Assembly: GCA_964035545.1 (NCBI GenBank)
Contig: OZ037766.1
Span: forward strand, 4,764,722 to 4,828,721
DNA: 64,000 nucleotides
From: Bugula neritina
Lineage: Eukaryota > Animalia > Bryozoa
Direction: 5' to 3'
Below are positions 62,081 through 64,000 of the stretch, piece after piece. Numbering within the stretch: position 1 is the first letter of the stretch; each line of letters opens with the position of its first letter. A program made the translations under genes and the position numbers. Under the pieces are notes generated by a model. That model did not search any database, was not told the DNA's origin, and saw nothing but the letters and a program-made list of their open reading frames with translations.

Positions 62081-63025
62081 TGAGCAAACCTAGTGGTCCA
62101 CAGAGAAATTGTGCCCCCTGAGCTGGTAGAGTGGTTCCTTAAATTTTCGCTTCTCCATTTTAATTGATTACAGGGGAGACATGGTGTCTAATAGCTGCTA
62201 AATACTAGCTGGAATTTATCCGTGTCAGCAGAAGTTTGGCATTCACTAAAAAACTTTTCTTGTTTTCGGCTTAGCGGTCACAATTTCTTTACTTTCTTAA
62301 ATTAAATAGAATTTATTATTGAACTGCTAGTTCTATACTATATGATCTACAACCAGATGTTATTTGTGTTGCAATTTGGTGGTTTTTTTCGTTTTTTATC
62401 TAATTAATTCTTGCAGCTCAGGAGATTTTATGTAAATTTTGTAAAATTGAATTCCGTGTCATCTTGATGCATGATTAATGCACTCACTATTAATTTTATG
62501 TCATAAGCAATACATGGAAACCACAGACTCTGCTATTCAAACTTGCGTGCATACAACAGCTGATTGTACAACAATTACATTTATTTATACAATTTTTAAA
62601 TGGTTTCTGCCAACAAGCACTGGTTGGTGGTGTCACTAGGGCTTCAGGGCAACATAGTAGTTTGTAAACCTTGAAATATGTTCTGAAATGTGAGAAAACA
62701 GATCTATGTATAAAGTAGATATCACTTATCTCTCTGTAATGTATTCATAACACAATGTAATCCTCCTATGCCATAAGACTTATTTCTCCGGTGCACATAT
62801 TGTTTTTAAGTTTAGTAAATTTAGTATATCTTGAGCTTTCATACAACACACAAATTTTAGAGAATAACGGATCAAAATAATAATAATATGGCTTAAAAAC
62901 ATTCAAATTTTACAATTTTATTACATTTTCCTTTTAGTTTGAATTAGCTATGCAATTGCAAAAAGTTTCTTTAATAATAAATTTACTAGCAATGCAATAG
63001 ACCATGTAAAACTCAGCCAATCAGC

Positions 63026-63253
63026 AAAGTGTACCAGGTCAATGTTCTACCATTGTAACTGATATAAAATTCTGCAAGTTCAATTGCAAAATGCATACTT
63101 CTAAAAGCTAGTTATGCAACTTTTTTTTCATGCATTATTTAATTTCATATCTAAATTGATGACTCTTGAAATGATTTTTTAAAATGTCTAAATTAAGTGT
63201 TTATAAAATGCAATTAAAAATTGCATGTCCAAAAAAATGACCTGGTACACTTT
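63026..63253. mobile_element. MITE-like element with 16-bp inverted repeats
   Basis: aaagtgtaccaggtca (63026-63041) and tgacctggtacacttt (63238-63253). Confidence 0.6.
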
Positions 63254-64000
63254 TGCAACTTAAGGCCAATTATTACATAACTGCCAGCTTAGTAGTTATT
63301 TGTTGTTGCAGCTTGAATGGGTTATTGTTTAGCATTGAAAGCTTGTAGTAAACCACTGTGAATTTGGTACATGACTTTGATTGGCTGGTTTTTGACTGGC
63401 CCTTTAGTATATGCATCTGGATGGCTGGGTAGTGTAGGCTCCGCCTACATCTAGCTAATGTACAGTAGCCAATCCACAGTAGTATTACAAAATTTCTGTT
63501 TAACATATGAAATATTCTGGTCATTTGTTTTGTACTTTACAATAGTAAATATTCTATTCAACTGGAATTTTATTGTATGTAAGCCATGGGAACTACTAAG
63601 AAGTTAAATCAATCACCCATGCATGCTGGTAATATTGTAGCTAGCAGTAATAGCAAGTCCACACCATATAAATATACACATAAGCTTTTATGTGCAGCTT
63701 ATGAATGTTGAAATGACCCCATTTCTTACTTTCAATTTGAAATAAATTGTATTACATATTCTGCCACTTCTGCACCAGGAATGTGTTTTCCTTTTAAGTT
63801 TTGAAAATAGTAGTCAGTTTCTATAGCAGTCAACTGCATCCACAATAAACAACGTAAGCTTTCAAATAAACTATAAATATACGAAATATTAGTGTGGAAA
63901 CAATGTAATTTATTCATTGCTATGATGAAAAATTACGAGAATATAATTATATAAAAGCTAGATATAGATTTCTAGTAAAATGGCACAGGTAAAAATAACA

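Overview
AT-rich, intron-containing genomic DNA from an invertebrate animal. Eight host genes lie in strictly alternating orientation as four head-to-head pairs: SORD(-)/multi-zinc-finger(+), METTL17(-)/TRPA1-like(+), SPMIP1-like(-)/CARD-death-domain adaptor(+), and a large MGNSSS-initiated disordered protein(-)/SLC9B antiporter(+, runs off the window). A complete, very young 7.5-kb Ty3/Gypsy LTR retrotransposon (18400-25902, minus strand) sits just upstream of the TRPA1-like gene. It has apparently identical 306-bp LTRs, a GTAT target-site duplication, a tRNA-Leu primer-binding site, and gag and pol joined by a predicted -1 frameshift. The strongest candidate for a novel system is its third ORF. 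This ORF occupies the env position but encodes a zinc-finger/basic/coiled-coil protein, has no ATG start of its own, and is joined in frame to the first 14 codons of gag by a predicted splice, like a retroviral accessory regulator. Other notable items are a single TGG>TAG stop in pol, a 52-bp minisatellite that quadruplicates a TRPA1 splice acceptor, a gene split across two overlapping frames, recurrent cryptic AGT/ACT tracts in the divergent intergenic regions, and several SINEs, MITEs and foldbacks. All analysis was by eye; no searches were run.
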